This document shows, in pieces, positions 50,532 to 60,133 of a DNA stretch of 64,000 bases (position 1 is its first letter; each line of letters opens with the position of its first letter). The position numbers were made by a program, and so were the translations under genes. The notes beneath the pieces are model-generated. The model saw only the letters and a program-made list of their open reading frames with translations. It was not told the origin of the DNA and did not search any database. The stretch is from Synechococcales cyanobacterium VAR_4_metabat_354 (GTDB lineage: Bacteria > Cyanobacteriota > Cyanobacteriia > Cyanobacteriales > Chamaesiphonaceae): positions 64,001 through 128,000 of the forward strand of contig JANOQI010000024.1 of assembly GCA_031414775.1 (NCBI GenBank). The letters are read 5' to 3'.

Positions 50532-52022
50532 TCAAGGGGTTATGGATGAAACGTTACTAGCTATCGAAGTTGTGGGACGGGAAATATTCGCGATAATGGC
50601 ATCTGTGGTGACTTGGGTGTGGGCAATCATGATATTGGGCTGAATGCCCAGCAGAATGATGAGAGTGGCGAGGACAATTGCTGGAATGCGTTCATAATTA
50701 TCAACCTTAGGCAAGTAAGTCAGGCTATTTTCTAATTTTCCAAAAAGGGCACGATTGATAAGAATGATAAAGTAAACCGAGGTTAATCCAGTACTAGCCA
50801 GACAAATGAGGGTAGCGATCGGGAAAACAGTATAGCTACCTTGAAAGGAAAGAAATTCACCAATAAAGCCGACCATTCCTGGAATTCCAGCGCTGGCCAT
50901 CGTTGTTAAAATGAGCACTGCTCCGGTAAAAGGTAAGCCGCGTTGAGGATTCAGTAAGCCATGCAGTTTGCTTAAGTCGCGCGTCCCAGTTTTGGCTTCA
51001 ATAATGCCTACCAAATTAAATAGTAGAGCCAGGATTAAGCCGTGAGCAACCATTTGACAGACAGCACCTAAGATACTGAGGGAATTACCAGCGGCGGTGG
51101 CCAGCAATACATAACTTAGATGGGCAACCGAGCTATAGGCAATCATTTTCTTGATGTCGGTTTGGGCGATCGCGATCAAACTACCATAGATAGCGGTAAC
51201 TACAGCGATGATCGTTAGCCAGGGTGCAACAATGATCCAAGCATCGGGAAATAAACCGAGACCAAAACGGATTAAGCCGTAAGCTCCCAATTTAGAGACA
51301 ATCCCACCTAACAACATGGAAACAGGTGTAGAAGCTTCCACATAGGCATCGGGCAGCCAAGTATGGAAGGGCACCAACGGCATCTTAATCCCAAATCCTA
51401 GCAGAATAACGCTGAGAAATAGTAGTTGTAAATTAGCTGGTAAATGAGTGGCAGCTAGAGATTCATAATTGAAATCACCAGTTTTGGTAAACCATGCCCA
51501 ACTTAAGAAACCAGCGAGTAAAATCATTCCCGACAGAGCTTGATAAATGAGGAATTTGGTGGCGGCATAACCACGTTTCTCACCGCCCCAAATTACGATT
51601 AACAAATAGAGTGGAATTAATTCCAACTCGTAGAACAAGAAAAATAATAGTAGGTTTTGAGCCAGAAAAGCGCCCATTACTGCTGCGCCAACTAACAAAA
51701 GTAAAGCGTAGAATAATCTCTCTCTTTCGACTTGTTTACTTGTTGCTTGTACTGACAGTAATATCAGCAGAGCATTCAAGATTACTAAAGGTAAAGATAG
51801 TCCATCAATTCCCAGATGATAATCTAAACCTAAGGGGTCAACCCAATTCAAATGCTCAACAAATTGTAATCCAGACTTTTGGTAATCAAAAGTACCAGCG
51901 ATTGCTAGAGTACCTACTAAACTCCCACCAGCAGCGGCCAAGGCAATTGTTCGACTAAAGTTGGGTATAATCGCGATTAAAATTGCTCCTAAAACTAGCA
52001 GCCAAATCACCAGACTCAACAT
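50532..52022 (-). CDS. ndhD3: NDH-1(3) subunit NdhD3
   Basis: NuoM family (LFYELELIPLY, KMPLVPFHTWLPDAY, AYSSVAH, GLLNPQRGLP, GIPGMVGF); AGGAGG RBS; upstream of cupA. Confidence 0.9.
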   Translation of the reverse strand: MLSLVIWLLVLGAILIAIIPNFSRTIALAAAGGSLVGTLAIAGTFDYQKSGLQFVEHLNWVDPLGLDYHLGIDGLSLPLVILNALLILLSVQATSKQVERERLFYALLLLVGAAVMGAFLAQNLLLFFLFYELELIPLYLLIVIWGGEKRGYAATKFLIYQALSGMILLAGFLSWAWFTKTGDFNYESLAATHLPANLQLLFLSVILLGFGIKMPLVPFHTWLPDAYVEASTPVSMLLGGIVSKLGAYGLIRFGLGLFPDAWIIVAPWLTIIAVVTAIYGSLIAIAQTDIKKMIAYSSVAHLSYVLLATAAGNSLSILGAVCQMVAHGLILALLFNLVGIIEAKTGTRDLSKLHGLLNPQRGLPFTGAVLILTTMASAGIPGMVGFIGEFLSFQGSYTVFPIATLICLASTGLTSVYFIILINRALFGKLENSLTYLPKVDNYERIPAIVLATLIILLGIQPNIMIAHTQVTTDAIIANISRPTTSIASNVSSITP

Positions 52023-52067
52023 TAAAAACCTCCTAGATCAAGATCAAAACTGATTAATCAACATATC

Positions 52068-52099
52068 TTTAGTGCCAAAATATCTATCTTGGCACTAAA
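52068..52099 (-). other. Intra-operon stem-loop after the carbonic anhydrase gene
   Basis: TTTAGTGCCAA...TTGGCACTAAA perfect 11-bp arms, extendable by a G-U pair on the mRNA strand; no U-tract follows on the minus strand. Confidence 0.65.
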
Positions 52100-52111
52100 A
52101 CACTATCTGCT

Positions 52112-52807
52112 TTAGGTCACTCTGGTCACAATTCCAGTATCTAGATCGTAAAAACCACCGACAATTTTCAGCTGACCTTTCTTGATTAGATCAGTCACTA
52201 CTGGGGAACTTTTGAGAATAGCGATCTGATTTTTGATGTTAGCGATAGTTGCATTTTTCAGCTGATCTCCAGGTTGGCCTTGGCTGGCAACTACTGCCGG
52301 TTTAATTTGTCCTAAGATAGTACCAATTTTGCCGGGAACTGGTTTGTTATCGATCGCCGCTTTTACCGCACCGCAGCTTTTATGCCCTAAAACTAGAATC
52401 ACTTTGGCTCCTAGTACTAAAGTCCCGTATTCTAGACTGCCAATTTCTTCTGGAGTAGCCACATTCCCAGCAACTCTGACCACGAATAAATCCCCTAATC
52501 CTTGGTCGAAAATTATCTCGGCGGGAACGCGAGAATCAGCACAACCTAAAATCGCGGCAAAGGGTTTTTGGCCTTTGGCCACTTCCCGTAAGCGAAATAC
52601 ACCCCGATTAGGTTGCTTAGTTCTTTGGTCGGCAAATCGTCTATTTCCCTGCAATAATTCGTCAAGTGCACGGTCAGATGTGATATTTTGCTTGGCGATC
52701 GCCGCCGGAGAGTCTAATAAATCTATGCCCAAACGACTAGTTATTAATCCTGTCCCTACTGTTACAGCACCAAATTTAAACAAATTACGCCGAGAAATGT
52801 AACTCAT
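52112..52807 (-). CDS. Beta-carbonic anhydrase with twin-arginine signal peptide (EcaB-like)
   Basis: Zn ligands in GCADSRVP and LGHKSCGAV; GDLFVVRVAGN; N-terminus SRRNLFKFG + hydrophobic stretch + AIA. Confidence 0.92.
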   Translation of the reverse strand: MSYISRRNLFKFGAVTVGTGLITSRLGIDLLDSPAAIAKQNITSDRALDELLQGNRRFADQRTKQPNRGVFRLREVAKGQKPFAAILGCADSRVPAEIIFDQGLGDLFVVRVAGNVATPEEIGSLEYGTLVLGAKVILVLGHKSCGAVKAAIDNKPVPGKIGTILGQIKPAVVASQGQPGDQLKNATIANIKNQIAILKSSPVVTDLIKKGQLKIVGGFYDLDTGIVTRVT

Positions 52808-52882
52808 AACTTTTCCTTTCATGGTTTTAATGATGCGCTGATTACGCTGAGATGAATGTTTTAAAAATGATAATCCTGGGGA

Positions 52883-54715
52883 TTAAATTAGTAAGGCCAT
52901 CATGAGACTAATAATTATGACTCCCGAGAAAATTGACAGTATATAAAACTGAGATTGACCAGAATTATTGTATTTAAGAGTTTGTCCACTTACTAAAGTC
53001 CCAATCCCAACCAAATTAACCAATCCATCGACAATATACTTGTCGAACCAATTAATTACTCGGGCACTAGTAGCTACCAACCAGACAATAGTTAACTGAT
53101 AAAGACGCTGCACGTAAAAATCATTGGCGAAGAACGCTTGCACAGCTGGCACTGGTAGTTTAATCGGTTTCGGGATAGCATCAACTCCGTAGATTAGACC
53201 GCTAGTAGTAACACCAATGATGCTTGACCAAACTAATAAAGGAGCTAAATACATATTTGATTCTTCCCCACTGGGTAATGCTCCCAAGTTTCGTAAAATA
53301 ATTGGCATATGGCAGACAAAAATAGCAGTAGAAATTACTGGTAGACTGATTAACCAAAATGGTTCTGTCGATCGCTGGGTCATCGGCTGTGCTTGACCCA
53401 AAAATATCAGACAAAATAATCGAGTTAAACTAAATGCTGTTAGGGCATTCACTATTGAAATTACACCCACCAACCAAGGTTGCTCTACCCATAGGCTCTC
53501 AATGAGAGGGAGAAAAAACCAGAATCCACCTAAAGGAGGCATTGCGATAAAGGAGCCGATTGCCACTAACATTGATAAGGCGGTGAGTGGGCGACGCGAC
53601 CATAAGCCACCTAATTGAGTCAAATCTTGGGTAACATTGGTAAAAATAATTGAACCCACACTCATATATAGCAATGCCATGCCGAAGGATTCATTGAAAA
53701 GAATAAATCGAGCAGCATCCAAATTCTGGGTGCCGACAGCGATAAAGACTAAGCCAATGGAAGCGCTGAGAGCATAGGATACAACCCGTTTCATATCCAC
53801 TTGGGCGATCGCTATTAATGAACAACAAATCGCTGTACTAGCTCCTAGAATTACTAGCGTATTTAATAATACTGGCGACAAAGAAATTACTGGTGCTAAT
53901 TTAATTAATACAAAAGCCCCTGCTCCCACCACTACTGCATTCCGTAATACAGTTGCTGGGATGGGTGCTTCCATCGCTTCGTCTAACCATAATTGGAAGG
54001 GAATTTGGGCACATTTACCCAATGGTCCAGCAATCAGAGATAAACCTAACAATGTTGCTACTGTCGGGTCTAATCTCGCTGTTTCTGCCCAAGTAGATAA
54101 CTCGGTGAAATTCCAGGTGCCGGTGATTGGATAGATCGCAATCACGCCCATGAGCAAAATGATGTCGCCAACTCGCTTTGTCCAAAAGGCATCGCGCGCT
54201 CCAGTAATAACTAAAGGTTGGACAAACCAAAAGCCGACTAGCAGATAGGTGGCAAGGGTAAGCAGTTCTAGAAAGACGTAACTGAAAAAGAGGGAATTGG
54301 AGAGCATTAAACCGCAAATCCCGGCACCGAAACAATTCATTAAGGAGAAGAACCTCGCCCAGCCCCAATCCGTTTCTAGGTAACCTACTGCATAAATCTG
54401 GGCGATAAAATTGATGCCCGTAACTACGGCGGTGGCTGTTAACGTGACCGTCGAGATCTCGATCGGGAAGTCAATATCTAGAGTACTAGTATGCAGCCAA
54501 CCATAGCTAATTTCTTGGGCGGGTAAATTCCAACCAGTCACTAAGGCAACAAGGCCATGCAGGAAAGCAATCCCGGCCATCAAGATATTGATATAACCGG
54601 CTGGCCTTGGCCCTAGTTGCCCTGACCAACCGAGAGACCAAGGGCTGGCCAAGATCACTCCGATGATGGGGTAGCAGGGAATTAACCACACATTTTGGAA
54701 AATGGTTTGATACAT
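52883..54715 (-). CDS. ndhF3: NDH-1(3) subunit NdhF3
   Basis: GPRPAGYINILM, GWARFF, QPLVITGARDAFWTKRVGD, KCAQIPFQLWLDEAME, TQDLTQLGGLWSRRP; heads the cupA operon. Confidence 0.92.
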   Translation of the reverse strand: MYQTIFQNVWLIPCYPIIGVILASPWSLGWSGQLGPRPAGYINILMAGIAFLHGLVALVTGWNLPAQEISYGWLHTSTLDIDFPIEISTVTLTATAVVTGINFIAQIYAVGYLETDWGWARFFSLMNCFGAGICGLMLSNSLFFSYVFLELLTLATYLLVGFWFVQPLVITGARDAFWTKRVGDIILLMGVIAIYPITGTWNFTELSTWAETARLDPTVATLLGLSLIAGPLGKCAQIPFQLWLDEAMEAPIPATVLRNAVVVGAGAFVLIKLAPVISLSPVLLNTLVILGASTAICCSLIAIAQVDMKRVVSYALSASIGLVFIAVGTQNLDAARFILFNESFGMALLYMSVGSIIFTNVTQDLTQLGGLWSRRPLTALSMLVAIGSFIAMPPLGGFWFFLPLIESLWVEQPWLVGVISIVNALTAFSLTRLFCLIFLGQAQPMTQRSTEPFWLISLPVISTAIFVCHMPIILRNLGALPSGEESNMYLAPLLVWSSIIGVTTSGLIYGVDAIPKPIKLPVPAVQAFFANDFYVQRLYQLTIVWLVATSARVINWFDKYIVDGLVNLVGIGTLVSGQTLKYNNSGQSQFYILSIFSGVIIISLMMALLI

Positions 54716-54892
54716 AGGCTAAAATCTATGAATTAATAATTTAAGTTAGCTTTAACTCTATAAAAAAGAATAATCGAAAACCTCTGAAAAAGATAGATCG
54801 AACATAGAGTTTTACATGATGTTTTCTCTAAATTTTTCTTATGAATACTATGAATAATAAATAACCTATTTTGAACTTAGATTTTAATCTAT
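54714..54892. promoter_or_regulatory. Cluster of NdhR/CcmR (LysR)-type boxes
   Basis: ATAG-N8-CTAT at 54714-54729 (perfect); TTAG-N8-CTAT at 54746-54761 and 54877-54892; ATAA-N8-CTAT at 54854-54869. Confidence 0.7.
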
Positions 54893-54923
54893 GTATTAGT
54901 ACAAACAAAGTGATCGCTAGAAT

Positions 54924-54961
54924 ATCAGTCCAAACAAAAACTAATTTTTGTTTGGACTGAT
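54924..54961 (-). terminator. Long perfect hairpin downstream of moaA
   Basis: ATCAGTCCAAACAAAAA-ctaa-TTTTTGTTTGGACTGAT, 17-bp perfect stem. Confidence 0.75.
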
Positions 54962-54984
54962 TAAGATTTTATTGAGCACAATTA

Positions 54985-55974
54985 TTACCCGCCGATTTGA
55001 GACATGGTGCGACTATATTGACCAGTTGAATTTCCCGATTCTCGCTCCTTAAAATTAATTTCTTCCTTCAATACTAATAATTCCAGCACGCGTGATCGCA
55101 ATTCCTGCACACTCACCCCTGCCCGCAATGCTGCTTTCAGATCGATTTGACCAGCTTCATTCAGTAAACAAGGCCGCAGCCAACCATCCGCCGACAACCG
55201 TACCCGATTACATCGATCACAAAAACACTCCGACATCTGACTGATAAAACCCAAGGTGCCCTTAGCTCCCGGAATTTGGAAAACATCGGCTGGACCATTG
55301 CCCCGCACCTGTGATTCTATCAGTCCCCATTTATCTCGAATTTGCTGCCGAATTGATTCTGAATCAATCCAACCTCGATCGAGAAACAGCGCATCATTAC
55401 CGATCGGCATAAATTCAATAAACCGAATGTGCCAATTCCGATCGATCGACAGCTCCGCCAATTCCAGCACCTCGCCATCATTAACTCCTGGAATAACCAC
55501 CACATTTAGCTTCAGCGGATCGAAACCCACTTGATGGGCAGCTTGGATTCCTTGCCAAACTCGTTGCCAGGTTTCAGTACTAGACCTGCCCACAATTTTG
55601 GCAAAAGTGGCCGGATTGAGTGAATCGAGGCTGATATTAATGCGGCGCAATCCAGCCTGATATAAATCTGCGGCTAAATCAGCCAGTAGCCAAGCATTAG
55701 TAGTCATTGCCAAATCCTCAGTTTGCGGCAAACTACTAATAGCTTCAATCAGATTTACTATTCCGGGACGGATCAGCGGCTCGCCACCAGTCAGTCGAAA
55801 CCGAGTAAATCCGACAGGAATAAAGACATCTCTTACCAATGTCACAATCTCATCATTGGTTAACAACTCTGGCTGGGGCTGATAATGGATATCACTGCCC
55901 ACTGGCATACAATACTGACAGCGAAAATTACAGCGATCGGTCAGACTGATACGAAGGTAATCTACCTGATTCAT
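54985..55974 (-). CDS. moaA: GTP 3',8-cyclase
   Basis: [45 protein letters not shown]-terminal MSQIGG. Confidence 0.96.
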   Translation of the reverse strand: MNQVDYLRISLTDRCNFRCQYCMPVGSDIHYQPQPELLTNDEIVTLVRDVFIPVGFTRFRLTGGEPLIRPGIVNLIEAISSLPQTEDLAMTTNAWLLADLAADLYQAGLRRINISLDSLNPATFAKIVGRSSTETWQRVWQGIQAAHQVGFDPLKLNVVVIPGVNDGEVLELAELSIDRNWHIRFIEFMPIGNDALFLDRGWIDSESIRQQIRDKWGLIESQVRGNGPADVFQIPGAKGTLGFISQMSECFCDRCNRVRLSADGWLRPCLLNEAGQIDLKAALRAGVSVQELRSRVLELLVLKEEINFKERESGNSTGQYSRTMSQIGG

Positions 55975-56157
55975 GAGTAAGCAGCGGGCAAAGTTGGTGC
56001 TTTTAATTCTAACTGTTTCATCTTCGGCTACCCCAGAATTCTGTAGCAATTTAATTGCCCGTTGATATTGAGATCCATGGCCTGACTCCGCATCGTCGCT
56101 AATGGCTTTATGGCGTATCTGTTAGAATCAGATGCGCTTTTACTACCATCATTTTCC

Positions 56158-56772
56158 ATGACTTCATCATTTTTACCTAGCAATACTATGTCGGTATCTA
56201 GCTTGGACTTACCAGCAGTCCAAGAATATTTGTTGACCTTGCTGTGCCAGCTATCCTACAAAGAAGGCGATTTTTTACTGTCTTCTGGCCAAAAGAGTAG
56301 TTATTACATCAACTGTAAACCGGTGACTCTTCATCCCTACGGTGCATTGGCCACAGGGCGTTTATTATTACCACTGTTAGCAAAAGGTACTCAAGCAGTC
56401 GCTGGTCTGACTCTAGGAGCTGATCCGATCGTCACCGCCGTGGGAGTAGTTTCGGCCTACGAACAACAGCCCGTTGCCGCTTTGATTATCCGCAAAGAAG
56501 CCAAAGGACATGGTACTCAGGCTTACATTGAAGGACCAGTCTTACTGCCAGGGACAGTGATTGCCGTTTTAGAAGATGTGGTGACCACTGGCAAATCAGC
56601 CTTACAGGCTGTTCACAGACTGCGCGATGCTGGTTATGTGGTCAATCAAGTAATTTCTTTAGTCGATCGACAACAGGGTGGAGCGGAGTTATATGCCAAT
56701 GCTGGTCTAGAATTTATCTCAGTATTCGCGATTCCGGATCTGCAAACCAAATATCAGCAACTCTTACCCTAA
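56158..56772 (+). CDS. pyrE: Orotate phosphoribosyltransferase
   Basis: LSSGQKSSYY, GLTLGADP, IRKEAKGHG, LEDVVTTG; start uncertain (56158 or 56188). Confidence 0.93.
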   Translation: MTSSFLPSNTMSVSSLDLPAVQEYLLTLLCQLSYKEGDFLLSSGQKSSYYINCKPVTLHPYGALATGRLLLPLLAKGTQAVAGLTLGADPIVTAVGVVSAYEQQPVAALIIRKEAKGHGTQAYIEGPVLLPGTVIAVLEDVVTTGKSALQAVHRLRDAGYVVNQVISLVDRQQGGAELYANAGLEFISVFAIPDLQTKYQQLLP

Positions 56773-56837
56773 GAGCTACTCAGAGTTTATGAATTTTTGT
56801 TACAACATAGGTAAGTAACACTATTACTACTCAACCT

Positions 56838-58238
56838 ATGACTATTGCTAACCCCATTCTCCAGTCCGCTGCTCCAGCAGCTGGGGGTCTCGACCCCGCT
56901 AAGTTTGATGTGGCTGAAGCCTGGTATCCAGTTCACTATGTCGCTGATCTCGATCAGCAGCGCCCTACGGCTTTCACCTTGTTGGGTCAAGACTTGGTGA
57001 TCTGGTGGGAGCCAAAGACTGGTTCTTGGCGAGCGATGGTTGATCAATGTCCGCACCGGCTGGCTCGGTTATCGGAAGGACGGATTAATGAGGATGGGCA
57101 ATTGGAATGTCCTTATCACGGCTGGTCTTTTACTGGAGAGGGACAGTGCGATCGCATCCCCCAACAGCCGACGGGTGGCCAAGCGGAACAGTCTCAGCGG
57201 GCTTGTGTGCAATCTTTTCCGACAGCGGTGGCTCAAGACCTACTATTTATCTATCCAGGGCAAGCTCCAGCTAATGAGCGGCCACCATTTCCCCTCATTA
57301 CCCCGGTAGCAGATGAACCTGATGGCTGGGTCACTATTAATACCTTTCGAGATTTGCCCTATGACGCTTTCACACTGCTCGAAAACGTTTTGGATGCTAG
57401 TCATTTACCCTATACTCATCACAGCACAGTGGGTAATCGTACCAATGCTGCACCAGTAGAACTGGAAATATTAACCTCTGGCAAAAATGGCTTTACTGGT
57501 ATTTGGCCGGAGGGACCACGCAAAGGTAAGTTGGGCACTCAGCACACCACCTTTATTGCCCCTAATCTAATGTGGCACGACCTCACCTCCAAGCAATTTG
57601 GTCGGACAATCACAGTGGTCTATGCCACCCCCACCAAACCAGGATTTTGTCGGCTGTTTGCCCGGTTCCCTTTTAAGTTTCCCAAAGGCAACATTTTTCC
57701 CTCAGTGATCTTTAAGTTCAATCCCCAGTGGTATTCTCATATTGGTCAACACACCATCTTGGAAGATGACCAAATCTTTCTTCATCACCAAGAGCGCTAC
57801 TTAGAGCAGCAAGGTGGTGCCGCTAATTTTACGAAGGCTTTTTATCTACCGACGAAAGCTGACTTGTTTGTGTTTGAATTTCGTCAGTGGATCAACCATT
57901 ATCAGGTAGAGACATTTGCTAGTGAAGAATTGCCACCGGCTCAATCCAAACAACAGTTGCTCGATCGATATCATTCTCACACCATTCACTGTCGCAGTTG
58001 CAGTGCCGCTTTGCAAAACTTGCAAAAGCTGCAAGTGGGTCTAGGCATCACCGCCTTTGGGGGCTGGGCTGGGGGATCTTTACTGGCCATGAGCAGTGGC
58101 TTAACTTGGCCACTGTATCTAGCGATCGCCATTACTGGGTTCAGTCTGTGGGGTAGATGGCAAGCCGGAGAATTGATTAAGAAGTTACACTACGGCCAAG
58201 AAATACCACCTCGCAATCGATTAGGAAAACGCCGCTAA
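56838..58238 (+). CDS. Rieske/mononuclear iron oxygenase, pheophorbide a oxygenase (PaO/Tic55) family
   Basis: CPHR...CPYHGW Rieske motif, ENVLDASHLPYTH, EDDQ.FLH, HSHT.HCRSC, C-terminal TM helices. Confidence 0.9.
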   Translation: MTIANPILQSAAPAAGGLDPAKFDVAEAWYPVHYVADLDQQRPTAFTLLGQDLVIWWEPKTGSWRAMVDQCPHRLARLSEGRINEDGQLECPYHGWSFTGEGQCDRIPQQPTGGQAEQSQRACVQSFPTAVAQDLLFIYPGQAPANERPPFPLITPVADEPDGWVTINTFRDLPYDAFTLLENVLDASHLPYTHHSTVGNRTNAAPVELEILTSGKNGFTGIWPEGPRKGKLGTQHTTFIAPNLMWHDLTSKQFGRTITVVYATPTKPGFCRLFARFPFKFPKGNIFPSVIFKFNPQWYSHIGQHTILEDDQIFLHHQERYLEQQGGAANFTKAFYLPTKADLFVFEFRQWINHYQVETFASEELPPAQSKQQLLDRYHSHTIHCRSCSAALQNLQKLQVGLGITAFGGWAGGSLLAMSSGLTWPLYLAIAITGFSLWGRWQAGELIKKLHYGQEIPPRNRLGKRR

Positions 58239-59098
58239 TCTTCTACTACCACCTCGTAACTGTTGCGGTCGTAGCTATGAATTAGTAGCTCGTCTGATTC
58301 TGAGTCCAAGAATTGCAAATCGGTAATGGCTGATATTTCTGGCATTCGATCATCTTCGATCGCCAGTTTTGCTACTTGGATTTGTTCCTTGGGTCGGATG
58401 CCAATCTGGAAATCTGTGGCAAAGGGATCGGATACCTCAAAAATCTGATCAACAGGTAATACAGACAAGTCTAAAACATCTTCTTCGGGGAATTCGATAA
58501 ATTCTGGATAGATTGATGATGTTGATGCTGTGATGCTGAGGTCATAAGACATCACCACCGGTGGTGCCGCTACTGGCGCTATCTCGTTGAGTAGGCTATC
58601 CAAATCGGCCATGGAGGAAGCAATTAATTTTTCTGGATGAATATCACTTACTACCATTGGGTAATGATCATGGATGACGGTGACAGTTGCCTTCGATCGA
58701 TCATCTAACCCATCTATGTTTTTTTCAAGTGGTGGCGGTGGGGTCTCCTGTTCACCAGTTACTGGTTGGGAAATGACTTGAAGGCAGAGTTGTTCTTCGA
58801 CACCACTTTCTTTGGTAATGGTTACATTGCAGTTCAGATGCCAAGTTCCCAGTTGGATATGGGTAAAAGGCATGACCACCAACAGTCCTTCGTTGCTAAT
58901 TTGTTGGGAGTGATCCTGGGCGAGTTGGAGCGGCTGTTCATGATTCTGATAGAAAATTTGAGTGTGCACCGCAGAATTGCTCATGCTGGTGTTGGCAATG
59001 ATGCGATAGTTGCCTTCAAAGATTTCTAATTTGCGGCTGGTCAGTGGTCGCCAAGCTCGATCGTTTTCGCGCTGAATCAAAAATTCCCAGTATGGCAT
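58235..59098 (-). CDS. Hypothetical protein with cyanobacterial-type N-terminal domain and acidic C-terminal region
   Basis: MPYWEFLIQRENDRAWRPL...EGNYRI...EGLLVVMPFT; C-terminus YEVVVED. Confidence 0.55.
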   Translation of the reverse strand: MPYWEFLIQRENDRAWRPLTSRKLEIFEGNYRIIANTSMSNSAVHTQIFYQNHEQPLQLAQDHSQQISNEGLLVVMPFTHIQLGTWHLNCNVTITKESGVEEQLCLQVISQPVTGEQETPPPPLEKNIDGLDDRSKATVTVIHDHYPMVVSDIHPEKLIASSMADLDSLLNEIAPVAAPPVVMSYDLSITASTSSIYPEFIEFPEEDVLDLSVLPVDQIFEVSDPFATDFQIGIRPKEQIQVAKLAIEDDRMPEISAITDLQFLDSESDELLIHSYDRNSYEVVVED

Positions 59099-59153
59099 TG
59101 GTCAGGTTTGGGTAGCTACTGGACAGGATCTTAGCTCAAAACTGAGATATCCT

Positions 59154-60131
59154 TTAACTTCTTTCTAGATTAAGCTGGACTGCGAGTTCAAATAACCGAT
59201 CAATTCTGAAAACTGCTGAATTCAATCCAATTTCATCTAAATACTCATCGATAGGCACAGATTTTTTTGCATAGCGACCATCTTCAGTACATCGGGTAAT
59301 TTCTTGGAGCTCTAAAAAATTTGGATCTGTACCTATCAACATTCGACCAATACCAGAGGTTCTATTAGACTGGAGAAATATTTGGGGTAGTGGCAGCCAT
59401 AAGTAACAGCTGAGAAAGTTGTGATCAGTAATGCGATGAAATCTTAAATGGCAACAAGGCTTCGTTTTTCCCCGCCCATAAAAGATGCCGTTACTAACTT
59501 TGATTTCTTTGATGCGGTGACTAGAAGACAGCATCTTTTCCCTAAGACGCAGAGTTTCTCTCTTTTCAATTAGGGGTAATTTATTTAGAAAATTCACTAG
59601 TATTTTTGGTGGTGGAGCGACTTGAGTTTCTCTTTCACTATTGGTTACAATCGAGTCAGCTTCGATAAATGGAATTGGTTCTGTGGCATTTATTTCCTGG
59701 CGATCACTGAGATGAAATCTCAAATAAAATTTTTTTGATTTTTCAAAAACTGAAAATCGAATAAACTCAAATTCTAATTTGTTATAGTGTCGATCGACGA
59801 AATTGTGTCTATGAAAATCTGGAGCGATCACTATCAATTTAATTGGCAAGTTGTAATTGATCGAGTCTTTAAATGGCTGTTCTAAAGCAAGGCTATGATA
59901 ATAGCGAGTGAGCTGATGAATAACATAACGGTCTTCACAATTTTTTAGCTCTAATACAACTAATTGATTGTTTTTAGTTTTAGCCAAAATATCGCAATAA
60001 TCACCTTTGATTGCGAATTGACGATTGAGAGGAGTTAAATCTAAATTATTCTCTAAATTATCCCAGATAAAATCTTCTAGAAATCTTTCTTCTGCAAACA
60101 TCCAGCCTTTATCAGATTTTCTCAGCACCAT
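59154..60131 (-). CDS. NucS-like PD-(D/E)xK endonuclease domain protein
   Basis: E..LEDFIW, YCDILA, VVLELKN, QLTRYY, LIVIAPDF; AT-rich. Confidence 0.75.
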   Translation of the reverse strand: MVLRKSDKGWMFAEERFLEDFIWDNLENNLDLTPLNRQFAIKGDYCDILAKTKNNQLVVLELKNCEDRYVIHQLTRYYHSLALEQPFKDSINYNLPIKLIVIAPDFHRHNFVDRHYNKLEFEFIRFSVFEKSKKFYLRFHLSDRQEINATEPIPFIEADSIVTNSERETQVAPPPKILVNFLNKLPLIEKRETLRLREKMLSSSHRIKEIKVSNGIFYGRGKTKPCCHLRFHRITDHNFLSCYLWLPLPQIFLQSNRTSGIGRMLIGTDPNFLELQEITRCTEDGRYAKKSVPIDEYLDEIGLNSAVFRIDRLFELAVQLNLERS

Positions 60132-60133
60132 CT

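Noticed and set aside
59099..59153. Third copy of the duplicated gene end that would prove a multi-cassette array
   Set aside because: No similarity to the 141-bp repeat is visible here
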